This document shows, piece after piece, positions 10,624-20,400 of a DNA stretch of 64,000 bases. Source of the DNA: Planctomycetota bacterium (GTDB lineage Bacteria > Planctomycetota > SZUA-567 > H5-PLA8); contig JBBRPR010000019.1 in the NCBI GenBank assembly GCA_038227875.1, positions 1-64,000 on the forward strand. The letters run 5' to 3'. The notes beneath the pieces were generated by a model, which made no database searches, was not told the DNA's origin, and saw nothing but the letters and a program-made list of their open reading frames with translations. Positions within the stretch are counted from its first letter, which is position 1; the number at the start of each line of letters is the position of its first letter. Position numbers and translations under genes: made by a program.

Positions 10624-13600
10624 AGCGCCCCGCCCCACACTATTCGCACGTTCTCGTCCTGATCGCCGCGCTGCTGGCGGCGTCGGCCCATGCGGCCGAG
10701 ACGAGCTACAAGCAGTTTAAGATCCAGGATCTGCTCGGCGCGGCGTGGCCGGAATTCGCGGCCGAGCTCGACACGCTGATGGCCAATCCGAAAAACGAAG
10801 ATTCGTTTTACCGCATGTACAAGATCGCGCAGCGCAGTGATGCGGAGTCGAAAGTTCCACAGTATTTGTTGAAGCTGTCGCAGGAACATCCCGAAAAGCC
10901 ACAGATCAAAACGCTGCTGGGCATGTTCTACCGCGAAAATCGCGACTACGCGCAGGCCGTGAAGTACTTCCGCGAAGCGCTCGAGAAATCTCCGGACGAT
11001 TACTTCCTCCATTACCAGCTCGCGCATCTGCTGGGCAAGCAGGATGGCGAAGCGCCGCTGAAAGAGGCGCTCGAGCATTTCAAAGTCGCCGCCGAACGGA
11101 TCGGCCTGAGTGACATGGAGCTCAAGACGCGCATGCTCGAGGAGTGGGGCGAGCTGATCATGTCCCGCGCCGGCGATGGCGCGGAAGCGCATACCGCGGC
11201 GCGCGAGAATGCGTCCGTCGTCTGGGATCGGCTGGTCGCTGACGAGCGCAAGTTCGATCGCATCACCTACGAACGTCTGGCGCAGATCTACGAACGCTAT
11301 GAAATGTGGGACAAGGCGATCGCCACCCACCGGCTCTGCATCAAGAACGCGGTGGAAGACGACAGCGCCGCGCGCGTGCGCGTGCTTGACCGCATCGGCG
11401 ATCTCTCGGAACGGAACAGCGATTTCAAAGGCGCGATCGCGGCGTACGTCGATGCGCTGGGCCTGGTCGACGAAAATCACTGGCTGCACAAACAGCTGGT
11501 CGTCAAGCTCTCGCGCTGCCACAAGAAGCTCGGCGATCTCGACGCTTACTTGAAGGAACTGGACGCGAGCGTCGCCGACCGGCCGCAGAGCACCGCGCCG
11601 ATGCGCGATGTCGCGCTCGCGCACGACAGCCTTGACGAAGCGCCCGCTGCGATCGCGGCGCTCGACAAGGCCCGCGGCATCGCGCCCCGCGATGTCACGA
11701 TCCTCTCCGATCTGCTGCAGCTTTACGCGAAGGCCGGCGGCGCGAATGCCAATCCGCAGCGCGAAGCGCTCTACCGCAAGCTGATCGAGATCATGCCGGA
11801 GAATTTCGACGCGTACGTGGGCCTCGCCGACACGTGCTGGGCGATGGGCGATAGCGCGAAAACGCAGGAGGCGTTGACGCTGCTGCAGAACACCGCCAGC
11901 AAGCTTCCGGAGAAGTACCTGGTGATGGCCCGCGCGTTCAAGAAGTACGGCATGAAAGGCAACGCGCGCAATGCCTTTGAATACGCGCTGGCCGCGGAGC
12001 CCGACAACGTCGATGCCGCCACGGAGCTGTGCGACTTCTGCCTCGATTGCGTCGGCGGCGACGATTCCGTCGGCGCCGAGCCGCTGGCGCGCGCGGTGGA
12101 ACTGCGCGGCGCGCTGATGGCGCGCAACACGCTCGACGAAAGCGGCTACCTCCGCCTGACGCAGGTCTTTCAGAATCACAAGCGGCTGGATGAGGCGCGC
12201 GACATCATCGGGTACGCGGCGACCACGGTTTTTCCCAAGAGCTTCCTCTGCCGCTACGCGTTTGCGGAGCTCCATTATTCGCGCAAGGAATTCTACAAGG
12301 CGATCCAGCACTACGTCGCGGCGATGGATCTCGCGCCCAGCTTCTACTTCAAGCGCCTGGTCAACGACCGCATCGTCACGCTGACCTACAACTACGGCCG
12401 CCGCGAGAAGGATTTCATGAGCGAGCCGACCGAGGACGAAAAGAAAAAGGGATTGCTCGGCGGCGCGAAGGGCGAAGGCCTTGCGCCGTGGATTTACTAC
12501 CTGCAGGCGCTGGTCAGCAGCGACCCAACCAACGCCGACAACATGATGCTGCTGGCGCAGATCAACGAGAACACCGCCGTCGATGCGACGGTCGCGGGCG
12601 TGGCGATCAAGACCGACGCGGGGCGCGCCAAAGCGCTGTACAAATCCGTCGTCGACATGGACCTCAAAAATCTCGACGCCCACACCGCGCTCGCGCGCAC
12701 GCTGGTGATGACCGACGAATTCGAAGGCGCGATCCAGGAGAACTGGATTCTCGAAGAACTCTCGCCGGTCGGCAAATGGCAGTACGTGATGAACATCGGC
12801 GACCTGTGGAGCTTCGCCGGGTATGGCGACAAGGCGCTGCTCAACTGGAACACCGTGCGCGAGCAGGCCACGTCCGAACCGAACCTCGTCTATCAGCTCG
12901 GCTCGCGCATGTACCAGCTCGGCAAGTTGAAAGAAGCAGTGGAACTCGTCCGCAAAGCCGCCGAGGCCAACCGGCGTGAGTTCCGCTTCCATTCCACGCT
13001 CGGCAATTTGCTCGACCAGTCCGCGGAAGTTGATCCGGCGAAGCTGGAAGACGCGGCCGCGGAATTCCGCTCCGCGGTTGATCTGGCCAGCCAGAATCCC
13101 GCGCTGACCGGGTACCTCAAGCCGGTGCTGCGCCGCATGCTGGAAGTTCAGGTCACGCTGGCCCGTCGGCACTTCATCGATCAGAAGTTCGCCGAATCCG
13201 CGAAGACCTGCGCCGATGCGCTGACCACGATCGAAAATCTGAAAAGCCCGGCGCTCGCCGATAGCGCCGCCGACCTGACCTGCCTGCGCTCACGCGCCCT
13301 GATCGCCAGCGAGCACGCAAAAGAGGGCGAACCGCTGTTGCTCGAGACACTCACGGCGCATCCCAACACACTCTTCTGGTACGACAACGTGCTGAGCATC
13401 AGCGGCGGCCGCTTGCAGGAACTTTTCAAAGCCGGCGCGATGACCCCGACGCCGCTGGCGCCGTTCAAGGAAGTGCCAGGATTTACACTGACGCCGGCGA
13501 AAACGCTGGCGATGCCGGCGAACATCGAATCGACCCAAGGCAGTGCTACGACCGTCTATCTCGAATCCGGCTCGTCGCTCTATGCGGTGGCCGGCGAACC

Positions 13601-15062
13601 GCTGACGCTCAACCCGCTGAAACTTTCCGCGGCGCACGGTCCGGTCTCGTGGGTCAGCGGCGACTTCGCGGTCTTCCCTGAAGAACTTTCGTTCAGCCTC
13701 TTCGATCTCGCCAAGCAGGCGCCGGTGTGGAAGAAGGAAGTCTCGCTCAATTCCGTCGTCGGCAGCCCGTCGCAGCTGGCGTGCTTCCACACGCGCAAGA
13801 CCGTGGCCGACGCGCAGAAGCAGCCGGGGCCAATCGCGAAAACATTCCTGGCGCTGGTCGACCGCGCGACCGGCCGCGACCTCTGGGAGATTGAGTCTCC
13901 GCCGGGTGAACTGACGTTCGGCGACGGCGTGCTGGTGCTCAAGACCGCCGGCGAGCTTTCGGCGCTGAATCTCGCCGACGGCGCGGTGAAATGGAAAGCG
14001 CCGCTGCTCCGCGATGCGCTCTGGCGACGGCCGGTGATGGCTGGCGGCACGGTGCTGCTGGTCAACGATATGTCGAATGAAGTCGTGGCCTTCGGCGCGG
14101 CGGACGGCGCGGTAAAATTCAAGCGCGCGCTGGGTGCCTCGCTGCTCTGCGATCCGGTCATCGCTTCCAAGGACCGCGTGATCTTTCACGTGCTGCGCAA
14201 ACGCATTGCGATGCTGGAGTGTCTGGACGTCGCCACCGGCCGGCTGGCGTGGGAGAGCGGGCTGCAGATCATCGAGAAAAAGAAAGCGCCCGTCACGGAG
14301 ATGCCGCCGGGCTCCATTCTGCGTGAATTCTGGACGGGCATTCAAGGCGTCAACGTTGCGGACCTGACCGGCAACCCGAAGTTCGCGCAGGCGCCGGACG
14401 GCAGCGACCTGATCGAAAAGTTCGAATGTCCGCAGAACTGGGGCGACTTCTATGGACAGCGCGTGCGCGGCTTCGTGATTCCGCCCGCCACCGGCGCGTA
14501 CACGTTCTTCGTGGCCAGCGACGACGCCAGCGAACTGTGGCTCAGCACCGACGCCACGCCGGCGAAGAAAGTGAAGATCTGCGGCGTGAATGCCTGCACT
14601 GGCCCGAACGAATGGGGCAAATTCCCGGAACAGAAATCGCAGCCCGTGCAACTGGAAGCCGGCAAGCGTTACTACATCGAAGCGCTGCATAAAGAAGGTG
14701 GCGGCGGCGACAATCTTTCCGCGGGCTGGCAACTTCCCGATGGCAAACAGGAACTCCCGATTCCCGGCTCGCGGCTGGCTCCGCCCATCGGCGCGGCACC
14801 GAAAGAAGCGCGGCCGGAAAGCCTGGAAGGCGTCAGCCTTCCGCCGATCGTGTGGAATGGCTGGCTGCTCCACCTCGAGCCGACAAAGCACCGCGTCTGG
14901 GCGGCGCGTCTCGACAATGGCGACGTCGCGGCGCCGATTGATCTCGGCGGCGTCTGTGAAGCGAAACTGTTCGATGAAATCACGGGCTGGGGCGTTTTCG
15001 GCGACACGCTCTACCTCGCGGCGCGGACGGGGCGCGTCGCGCTGGCAAAACTGGTGAAGTAG
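10620..15062 (+). CDS. Exported TPR-repeat protein with PQQ-like beta-propeller and inserted PA14 domain
   Basis: Signal peptide (ASAHA); TPR-like helices; LVDRATGRDLW, ALNLADGAVKW, CLDVATGRLAW blades; PA14 motifs GFVIPPATGAYTFFVASDDASELWLS and LEAGKRYYIEALHKEGGGGDNL; ATGA overlap with the previous gene. Confidence 0.85.
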   Translation: MKRPAPHYSHVLVLIAALLAASAHAAETSYKQFKIQDLLGAAWPEFAAELDTLMANPKNEDSFYRMYKIAQRSDAESKVPQYLLKLSQEHPEKPQIKTLLGMFYRENRDYAQAVKYFREALEKSPDDYFLHYQLAHLLGKQDGEAPLKEALEHFKVAAERIGLSDMELKTRMLEEWGELIMSRAGDGAEAHTAARENASVVWDRLVADERKFDRITYERLAQIYERYEMWDKAIATHRLCIKNAVEDDSAARVRVLDRIGDLSERNSDFKGAIAAYVDALGLVDENHWLHKQLVVKLSRCHKKLGDLDAYLKELDASVADRPQSTAPMRDVALAHDSLDEAPAAIAALDKARGIAPRDVTILSDLLQLYAKAGGANANPQREALYRKLIEIMPENFDAYVGLADTCWAMGDSAKTQEALTLLQNTASKLPEKYLVMARAFKKYGMKGNARNAFEYALAAEPDNVDAATELCDFCLDCVGGDDSVGAEPLARAVELRGALMARNTLDESGYLRLTQVFQNHKRLDEARDIIGYAATTVFPKSFLCRYAFAELHYSRKEFYKAIQHYVAAMDLAPSFYFKRLVNDRIVTLTYNYGRREKDFMSEPTEDEKKKGLLGGAKGEGLAPWIYYLQALVSSDPTNADNMMLLAQINENTAVDATVAGVAIKTDAGRAKALYKSVVDMDLKNLDAHTALARTLVMTDEFEGAIQENWILEELSPVGKWQYVMNIGDLWSFAGYGDKALLNWNTVREQATSEPNLVYQLGSRMYQLGKLKEAVELVRKAAEANRREFRFHSTLGNLLDQSAEVDPAKLEDAAAEFRSAVDLASQNPALTGYLKPVLRRMLEVQVTLARRHFIDQKFAESAKTCADALTTIENLKSPALADSAADLTCLRSRALIASEHAKEGEPLLLETLTAHPNTLFWYDNVLSISGGRLQELFKAGAMTPTPLAPFKEVPGFTLTPAKTLAMPANIESTQGSATTVYLESGSSLYAVAGEPLTLNPLKLSAAHGPVSWVSGDFAVFPEELSFSLFDLAKQAPVWKKEVSLNSVVGSPSQLACFHTRKTVADAQKQPGPIAKTFLALVDRATGRDLWEIESPPGELTFGDGVLVLKTAGELSALNLADGAVKWKAPLLRDALWRRPVMAGGTVLLVNDMSNEVVAFGAADGAVKFKRALGASLLCDPVIASKDRVIFHVLRKRIAMLECLDVATGRLAWESGLQIIEKKKAPVTEMPPGSILREFWTGIQGVNVADLTGNPKFAQAPDGSDLIEKFECPQNWGDFYGQRVRGFVIPPATGAYTFFVASDDASELWLSTDATPAKKVKICGVNACTGPNEWGKFPEQKSQPVQLEAGKRYYIEALHKEGGGGDNLSAGWQLPDGKQELPIPGSRLAPPIGAAPKEARPESLEGVSLPPIVWNGWLLHLEPTKHRVWAARLDNGDVAAPIDLGGVCEAKLFDEITGWGVFGDTLYLAARTGRVALAKLVK

Positions 15063-15086
15063 ACGGCACTCTCGAAAGGGCGCGTT

Positions 15087-16328
15087 ATGGCTTCGAAATG
15101 TTCGGTGTGCAAGGTGGAGCTCGTCTCGGCGGCGGCCGCGGGGAAAATGAAGTGCCCGCAATGCGGCAAGGTATTTGTCCTGAAGACCACGCCCAAGCCC
15201 GGCGAAAAAACGAGCCCCACGCCGACCGGCGGTACGCCACGCGTGGAAAAGCCGGAGCCGGCCGCTGCTCCAGCCAAGCCCGCGGTGCCTGCTCCGCGTC
15301 CTGTCGCAGCTCCCGCCACGACGGAGGCCGTCGCCGCGGAGATCACAGCGTTCGACAACGACTTCAAACGCGTGATGAAGGAAGTCGGCAAGATGATCGT
15401 CGGCATGGAAGACGTCGTCGAAAAGGTCGTGATCGCGATGATCGCCGGCGGCAACGTGCTGCTGGAGGGCGTGCCGGGCCTCGGCAAAACACAGTTGGTG
15501 AAGGTGATCAGCCAGGCGCTGCAGATCGATTTCCGGCGCGTGCAGTTCACGCCCGACTTGATGCCCGCCGACATCGTCGGCACCAACATGGTCACGGAGG
15601 ATTCCTCCGGCCGCCGCACGCTGCAGTTTCAAAAAGGACCGATCTTCACGCATCTGCTGCTGGCCGATGAAATCAACCGCGCCACGCCGCGTACGCAATC
15701 GGCGCTGCTGGAAGCGATGGAAGAACACAGCGTCACCGTCGGCGGAACGACGTTCAAGCTCGAAGAACCGTTCTTCGTGCTGGCGACGCAAAATCCCGTC
15801 GAACAGGCCGGCACCTATCCACTGCCCGCCGCGCAGCTCGACAAGTTCATGTTCAAACTGATCGTCCCCTACCCCACCTTCGACGAACTGGATGAGGTGA
15901 TCGAGCGCACGACTACATCTGCGCCTCCGGAAATCGAACGCGTGACCAGCCGCGAGGAAATCCTGCGCATGCGGCACCTCGTCCGGCGCGTGCCGGTTGC
16001 CGGCCATGTCGAAAGTTATGCGGCGCGATTGGTGCTCGCGACCGATCCGCATTCAAAGTACGCCACGGATCTGACGCGCAAATACGTGCGCCACGGCGCG
16101 AGTCCCCGCGCGGTGCTGGCGCTGATTCTGGGCGGAAAGATCCGAGCGCTGCTGGGCGGACGCTTCAGCCTGAGCTGCGCTGACATTCAAAACGTCGCGC
16201 TCGGTGCGTTGCGCCATCGGCTCTCGATCAACTTCGACGGCGAATCCGACGGCGTTGGCGCCGACGCGGTAGTGCAGGATCTGCTCAAGAACGTGCCCGA
16301 ATACGAAGAAGAAGCGCGCTCGGCGTGA
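15087..16328 (+). CDS. MoxR family AAA+ ATPase with N-terminal zinc ribbon
   Basis: CSVC...CPQC, Pro/Ala linker, LEGVPGLGKT, RVQFTPDLMPAD, LLADEINRA, ATQNP, GASPR. Confidence 0.95.
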   Translation: MASKCSVCKVELVSAAAAGKMKCPQCGKVFVLKTTPKPGEKTSPTPTGGTPRVEKPEPAAAPAKPAVPAPRPVAAPATTEAVAAEITAFDNDFKRVMKEVGKMIVGMEDVVEKVVIAMIAGGNVLLEGVPGLGKTQLVKVISQALQIDFRRVQFTPDLMPADIVGTNMVTEDSSGRRTLQFQKGPIFTHLLLADEINRATPRTQSALLEAMEEHSVTVGGTTFKLEEPFFVLATQNPVEQAGTYPLPAAQLDKFMFKLIVPYPTFDELDEVIERTTTSAPPEIERVTSREEILRMRHLVRRVPVAGHVESYAARLVLATDPHSKYATDLTRKYVRHGASPRAVLALILGGKIRALLGGRFSLSCADIQNVALGALRHRLSINFDGESDGVGADAVVQDLLKNVPEYEEEARSA

Positions 16329-16380
16329 AGACCGCTCTGCTTACGACACGGAATTTAAGCATCTGAAATGGAGACGGATC

Positions 16381-17379
16381 ATGAGCAAACCCGAGAAGGC
16401 CCGGATCGAAGAATTTCAGAAGACGTTCGCCGCGCTGGAGAACGAGATGAACAAGGCGATCGTCGGCTGCCGTGAGATCATTCACGACATGCTCGTCTGC
16501 TTCTTCTCGGGCGGCAATCTGCTGATCGAAAGCAGCCCGGGCCTGGGCAAGACGCTGCTGGTCAAGACACTGGCGCGGGTGATCGACCTGAAGTTTTCGC
16601 GCATCCAGTTTACTCCTGACTTGATGCCCGCCGACATTCTCGGCACGAACATCGTGACGGAGGGCACCGACGGCAAGCGCTACTTTGAATTCCAGAAGGG
16701 CCCGGTCTTCACGCAGTTGCTGCTGGCCGACGAAATCAACCGCGCCACACCCAAGACCCAATCGGCGCTGCTGGAAGCGATGCAGGAACGGCGCGTGACT
16801 GTCGCCGGAAAGACGTGGGACCTGGAGAAACCGTACTTCGTCGTCGCCACACAAAATCCGCAGGACACCGAAGGCACGTACTCGATGCCTGAAGCGCAGC
16901 TCGATCGGTTTCTGTTCAAGCTGCAGCTAATCAAGCCGGACATTGGCGGTCTGCGTGAGATCAGCCAGCAGGCGTCGTCGGAGAACGAGACGGAACTCAA
17001 TCACATCATCGACGCGGCCAAGGCCGAGGCGTTCAAGAAGCTGGTCCTGGATGTCGATGCGCCGCGCTCGCTGCGGCAGGTCGCGGTGAAACTGGTGCTG
17101 CTGACGCATCCCAGTTCTGAAATGTCGCTGGAGACTGCGAAGAAATACCTGCGCTACGGTTCCAGTCCGCGCGGCGTGCAGGCGCTGATTCTCGGCGCGA
17201 AGGTGCTGGCGCTGATCGACGGCCGCGACACGGCCGAACCGCGCGACATCATGGGCGTCGCGCGCCAGGTGCTGGGCCACCGGTTGATGCTGAATTTCGA
17301 AGGCGAAGCGGACAATGTGACCGCCGCCGCGATTCTCGACGAAGCATTTGCTTCCAAGGACTTGAAGGGCGTCGCTTAA
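16381..17379 (+). CDS. MoxR family AAA+ ATPase (second copy)
   Basis: IESSPGLGKT, RIQFTPDLMPAD, LLADEINRA, PEAQLDRF, GSSPR. Confidence 0.95.
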   Translation: MSKPEKARIEEFQKTFAALENEMNKAIVGCREIIHDMLVCFFSGGNLLIESSPGLGKTLLVKTLARVIDLKFSRIQFTPDLMPADILGTNIVTEGTDGKRYFEFQKGPVFTQLLLADEINRATPKTQSALLEAMQERRVTVAGKTWDLEKPYFVVATQNPQDTEGTYSMPEAQLDRFLFKLQLIKPDIGGLREISQQASSENETELNHIIDAAKAEAFKKLVLDVDAPRSLRQVAVKLVLLTHPSSEMSLETAKKYLRYGSSPRGVQALILGAKVLALIDGRDTAEPRDIMGVARQVLGHRLMLNFEGEADNVTAAAILDEAFASKDLKGVA

Positions 17380-17425
17380 ACGCGCCTCAACAGTTCCAGG
17401 AAGTGCAAGACGGGGATCCTCTTCC

Positions 17426-20400
17426 ATGCTGAAATTCCGATGGCTCGCCGCGGCACTCTTAATCGGCGTGGTGCTCGCTCCGCTGCGCGCGGAAGAGGGC
17501 TTCAACGTTCGGCTGAAGTACATCCGCGATTATAAAGCGGACAATACCTCCGTGATCTGCACGCGCGTGCCGTCGCAACCGAAATTCGACGGTTCGTTCA
17601 ACGATCCGCTCTGGCAGCAGGCCGGGCAGACGCAGTCGGCGTTCACGCTTTTTCCCAGCACGGAAGTTTGCGGCCGGCAGACGGTGGCGCTGTTCTGCTA
17701 CGACGACCGCGCGATCTACATCGGTTTCGATTGTGAAGAGCCCGAACTCGATCAGCAGCAGATCGACAACGCCAATGTGCGCGGCGGCGATCACGTCGGA
17801 GTTCATCTGGAAGTCGGCAGCAGCGGCGGACGCGGCAAGCGCTGCAGTGTCTTTGCTAATCGCGGCGGCTGCCAGATGCAGGGCCCGTGGAAGGAACAGA
17901 AAGTCGAATGTAAATGTGCCGCCGGCCCCAAGCGCTGGTTTGTGCAGTTGGCGATTCCCTTCAGCAGTCTGCCGGGCACGGGCGCCGCTCCTCTGACGGG
18001 CGAAGAATGGAACGTAAAGCTGACGCGCTACGGCCGCATGACCGAAAATGGCGCGTCGCGGATGCGTTCGGCGTGGCCGCACATTCCGGCCATCGTCGAA
18101 GACGTGACGTGCTACGGCGCGAGCTTGTTTTTCGGCGCTGACTCGATGCTGGCGAATGGCAAGATGGAGATCAAGGACAACGCGATCCCGGAATGGCAGG
18201 TTGTATCCGGCCAGCCGACTTTCGCGGGCGGAAAAGTCACAGCGGCTGGCGATGCGGTGCTTGCTCAGAACGTCAAACTGGCGGCGAACTGCAAATACAA
18301 GCTCGAATGGAGCGCCGCCGACGGATTGACTGGCGCGGTCGCGGTTAAAGTGGGCGACAAAGACGCCGCCACGGCGGAGTTGACCGCGGGAAAAGCGTAT
18401 TTTCAGACCGGCACCGCCGACGCGGCGAAAATCGACGTGAAACTGAAAGGCTCCGGCGTTGCGCCGAAGCTGCGGCTCTCGCGCATCGTCGACGACGTGC
18501 CTGACGAATGGATCTGCGTCACCAACAACGACGTGCTTCCGGAGCGCAATCTGAAAGCAAAAATCCCAGCGGCCGGCGACGGAAAGTACATCTATCTGAA
18601 GTGCCCGCTCTACGGCTTCGATTTCGTGCCGTATCACTCGCAGGGCTGTCCCAACCCGGGCGAGGCAGGGTCGTGGGAGTGGGGCACCATCGGCAAGCCG
18701 GTGCGCAAGCCGCTGGCGGAACCGCCGGCTCATCCGGAAATCGCCGAAGACGAATTCGAAAGTTTTCCCTTCGAAACCATTTACACCGACGGCGCGCGGT
18801 TGCCGGAGTTCGCCGGCCTGACGATGGGCAGCATCGACAAGGGCGGTGAGCAGGGCTGGATTCCGTTCTCGAAGGGCAGCCTCACCGGCGATCCTTCGTG
18901 GGTCGGCTGGCCGGTCAACGCGTGGCTTTCCGGCACGACCAACGGACAGTCGCCCGCGGCGAACACGCACGACATTCTCTTCGATCTTCCCGACAAATAT
19001 TTCGTCCGGCGCATCGATGTGCTGAAAATCAACAACGGCAGCTTTGCCAGCATTGACGTCGCCGTTCGCGGCTCAGCGGACGCGCAGGAAACGTTTGTGC
19101 CGATCTGCCGCTACAGCGCGCTGACGCCGTATGCCTCGCTGAATGGATTGGACTCGGTCGCGAAGCAGGTCCGCTTGACCTTCCAGGGCGCATCTTTCGA
19201 AAACAAGTTCGGCCACATCAACGCGATGACCGACTTGCTGGGTATCGCGGAAATCTGGATCTGGGTCGAACCCAAAGGCGCGCACGCCGACACGGAAGTG
19301 AAAGCGTACCACCCGCCGATTCCCAATCCGCAACCGCCGTTGCAGTGCATCCAGTTGAAGAAGTGGCCCGAGCCCCTGATCTGGCCGCAGCCGAAGGAAA
19401 TGACCAAAGCCGATGGCCGCTTTGACCTCAAATCCGGAGCGCCCATTGTCTACGCGCGCGACGGCTTGCTACCGCAGTTCGCGGCCGTGCTGCAGCGGGA
19501 GTTCTCCCAGCGGTTCTGCACGGATTGCGAGCTGAAGGATGAGGCCGATCTTTCCAGCGTCGACAGCGGCATTTATCTCGGGATGAAAGGCGTCTCGAAG
19601 CGCTTCGACGATCTGTGCGCCGCCGAGAATATTACGCCACCGAACGAACCCCAGGGCTACACGCTCAAGATCACGCCGACAAAAATTGTTGCCGCCGGCT
19701 GCGATGCCGAAGGTGTCTTCCACGCCTTTCAAACGCTGCTGCAGTGGATGGATCACGACGAGCACACCGCGTTCGCGCGCTGCGCCACGGTCCGCGACTG
19801 GCCGCTGTTACGTTTGAGAACCGTGGTGCCGTCGAGCGACCATCGCACGCCAATTCTGCCCATCGGGATGCCGGAATCGAATTTCACGCGGATGATCAAC
19901 GGCCTGGCGCGGCTGCGCTTCAATTCGATCATCGATTGGGATCCGGTCACGCCGTATGTCAGCGAAGCGAAGACGCGCGAGCTGATCCAGTATGCCGGCG
20001 ACCGCATCGTCGACATGCGACCGACGCTTTATTTGCGCAGCGTTCCCGGTTCGTGCATCGAAGCCAATCCCGACGACCAGCCCGACAACGGCGCAGGCGG
20101 CGGCGTCGGACCGGACGATGGCGTCTGGGAGACGACCAACCTCTGCCCCTCCAATCCGCTCACGTACAAGAGCATGGAGACGTACATCGACCAATCGCTG
20201 CGCTTGCATAATGGCAGCCCGTTCGTTGAGATCGGTTACATGGGCTGCCTGCACGGGCCATGGAATGTTTGCCGCCTCTGCCGCAAGCGCAACAGCACCG
20301 GCGAGGAACTGTACGCCGACTTCCTGAACAAGATCGGCGCGATCTGCCGCGCGCGCGGGAAGACGGCGGTGTTCACCAATGCCGTGATGCTCGCCGACGC

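Noticed and set aside
7909..16052. Very long minus-strand ORFs (795, 940, 920 aa)
   Set aside because: Antisense shadows of GC3-rich plus-strand genes that carry clear motifs; no recognisable domains of their own
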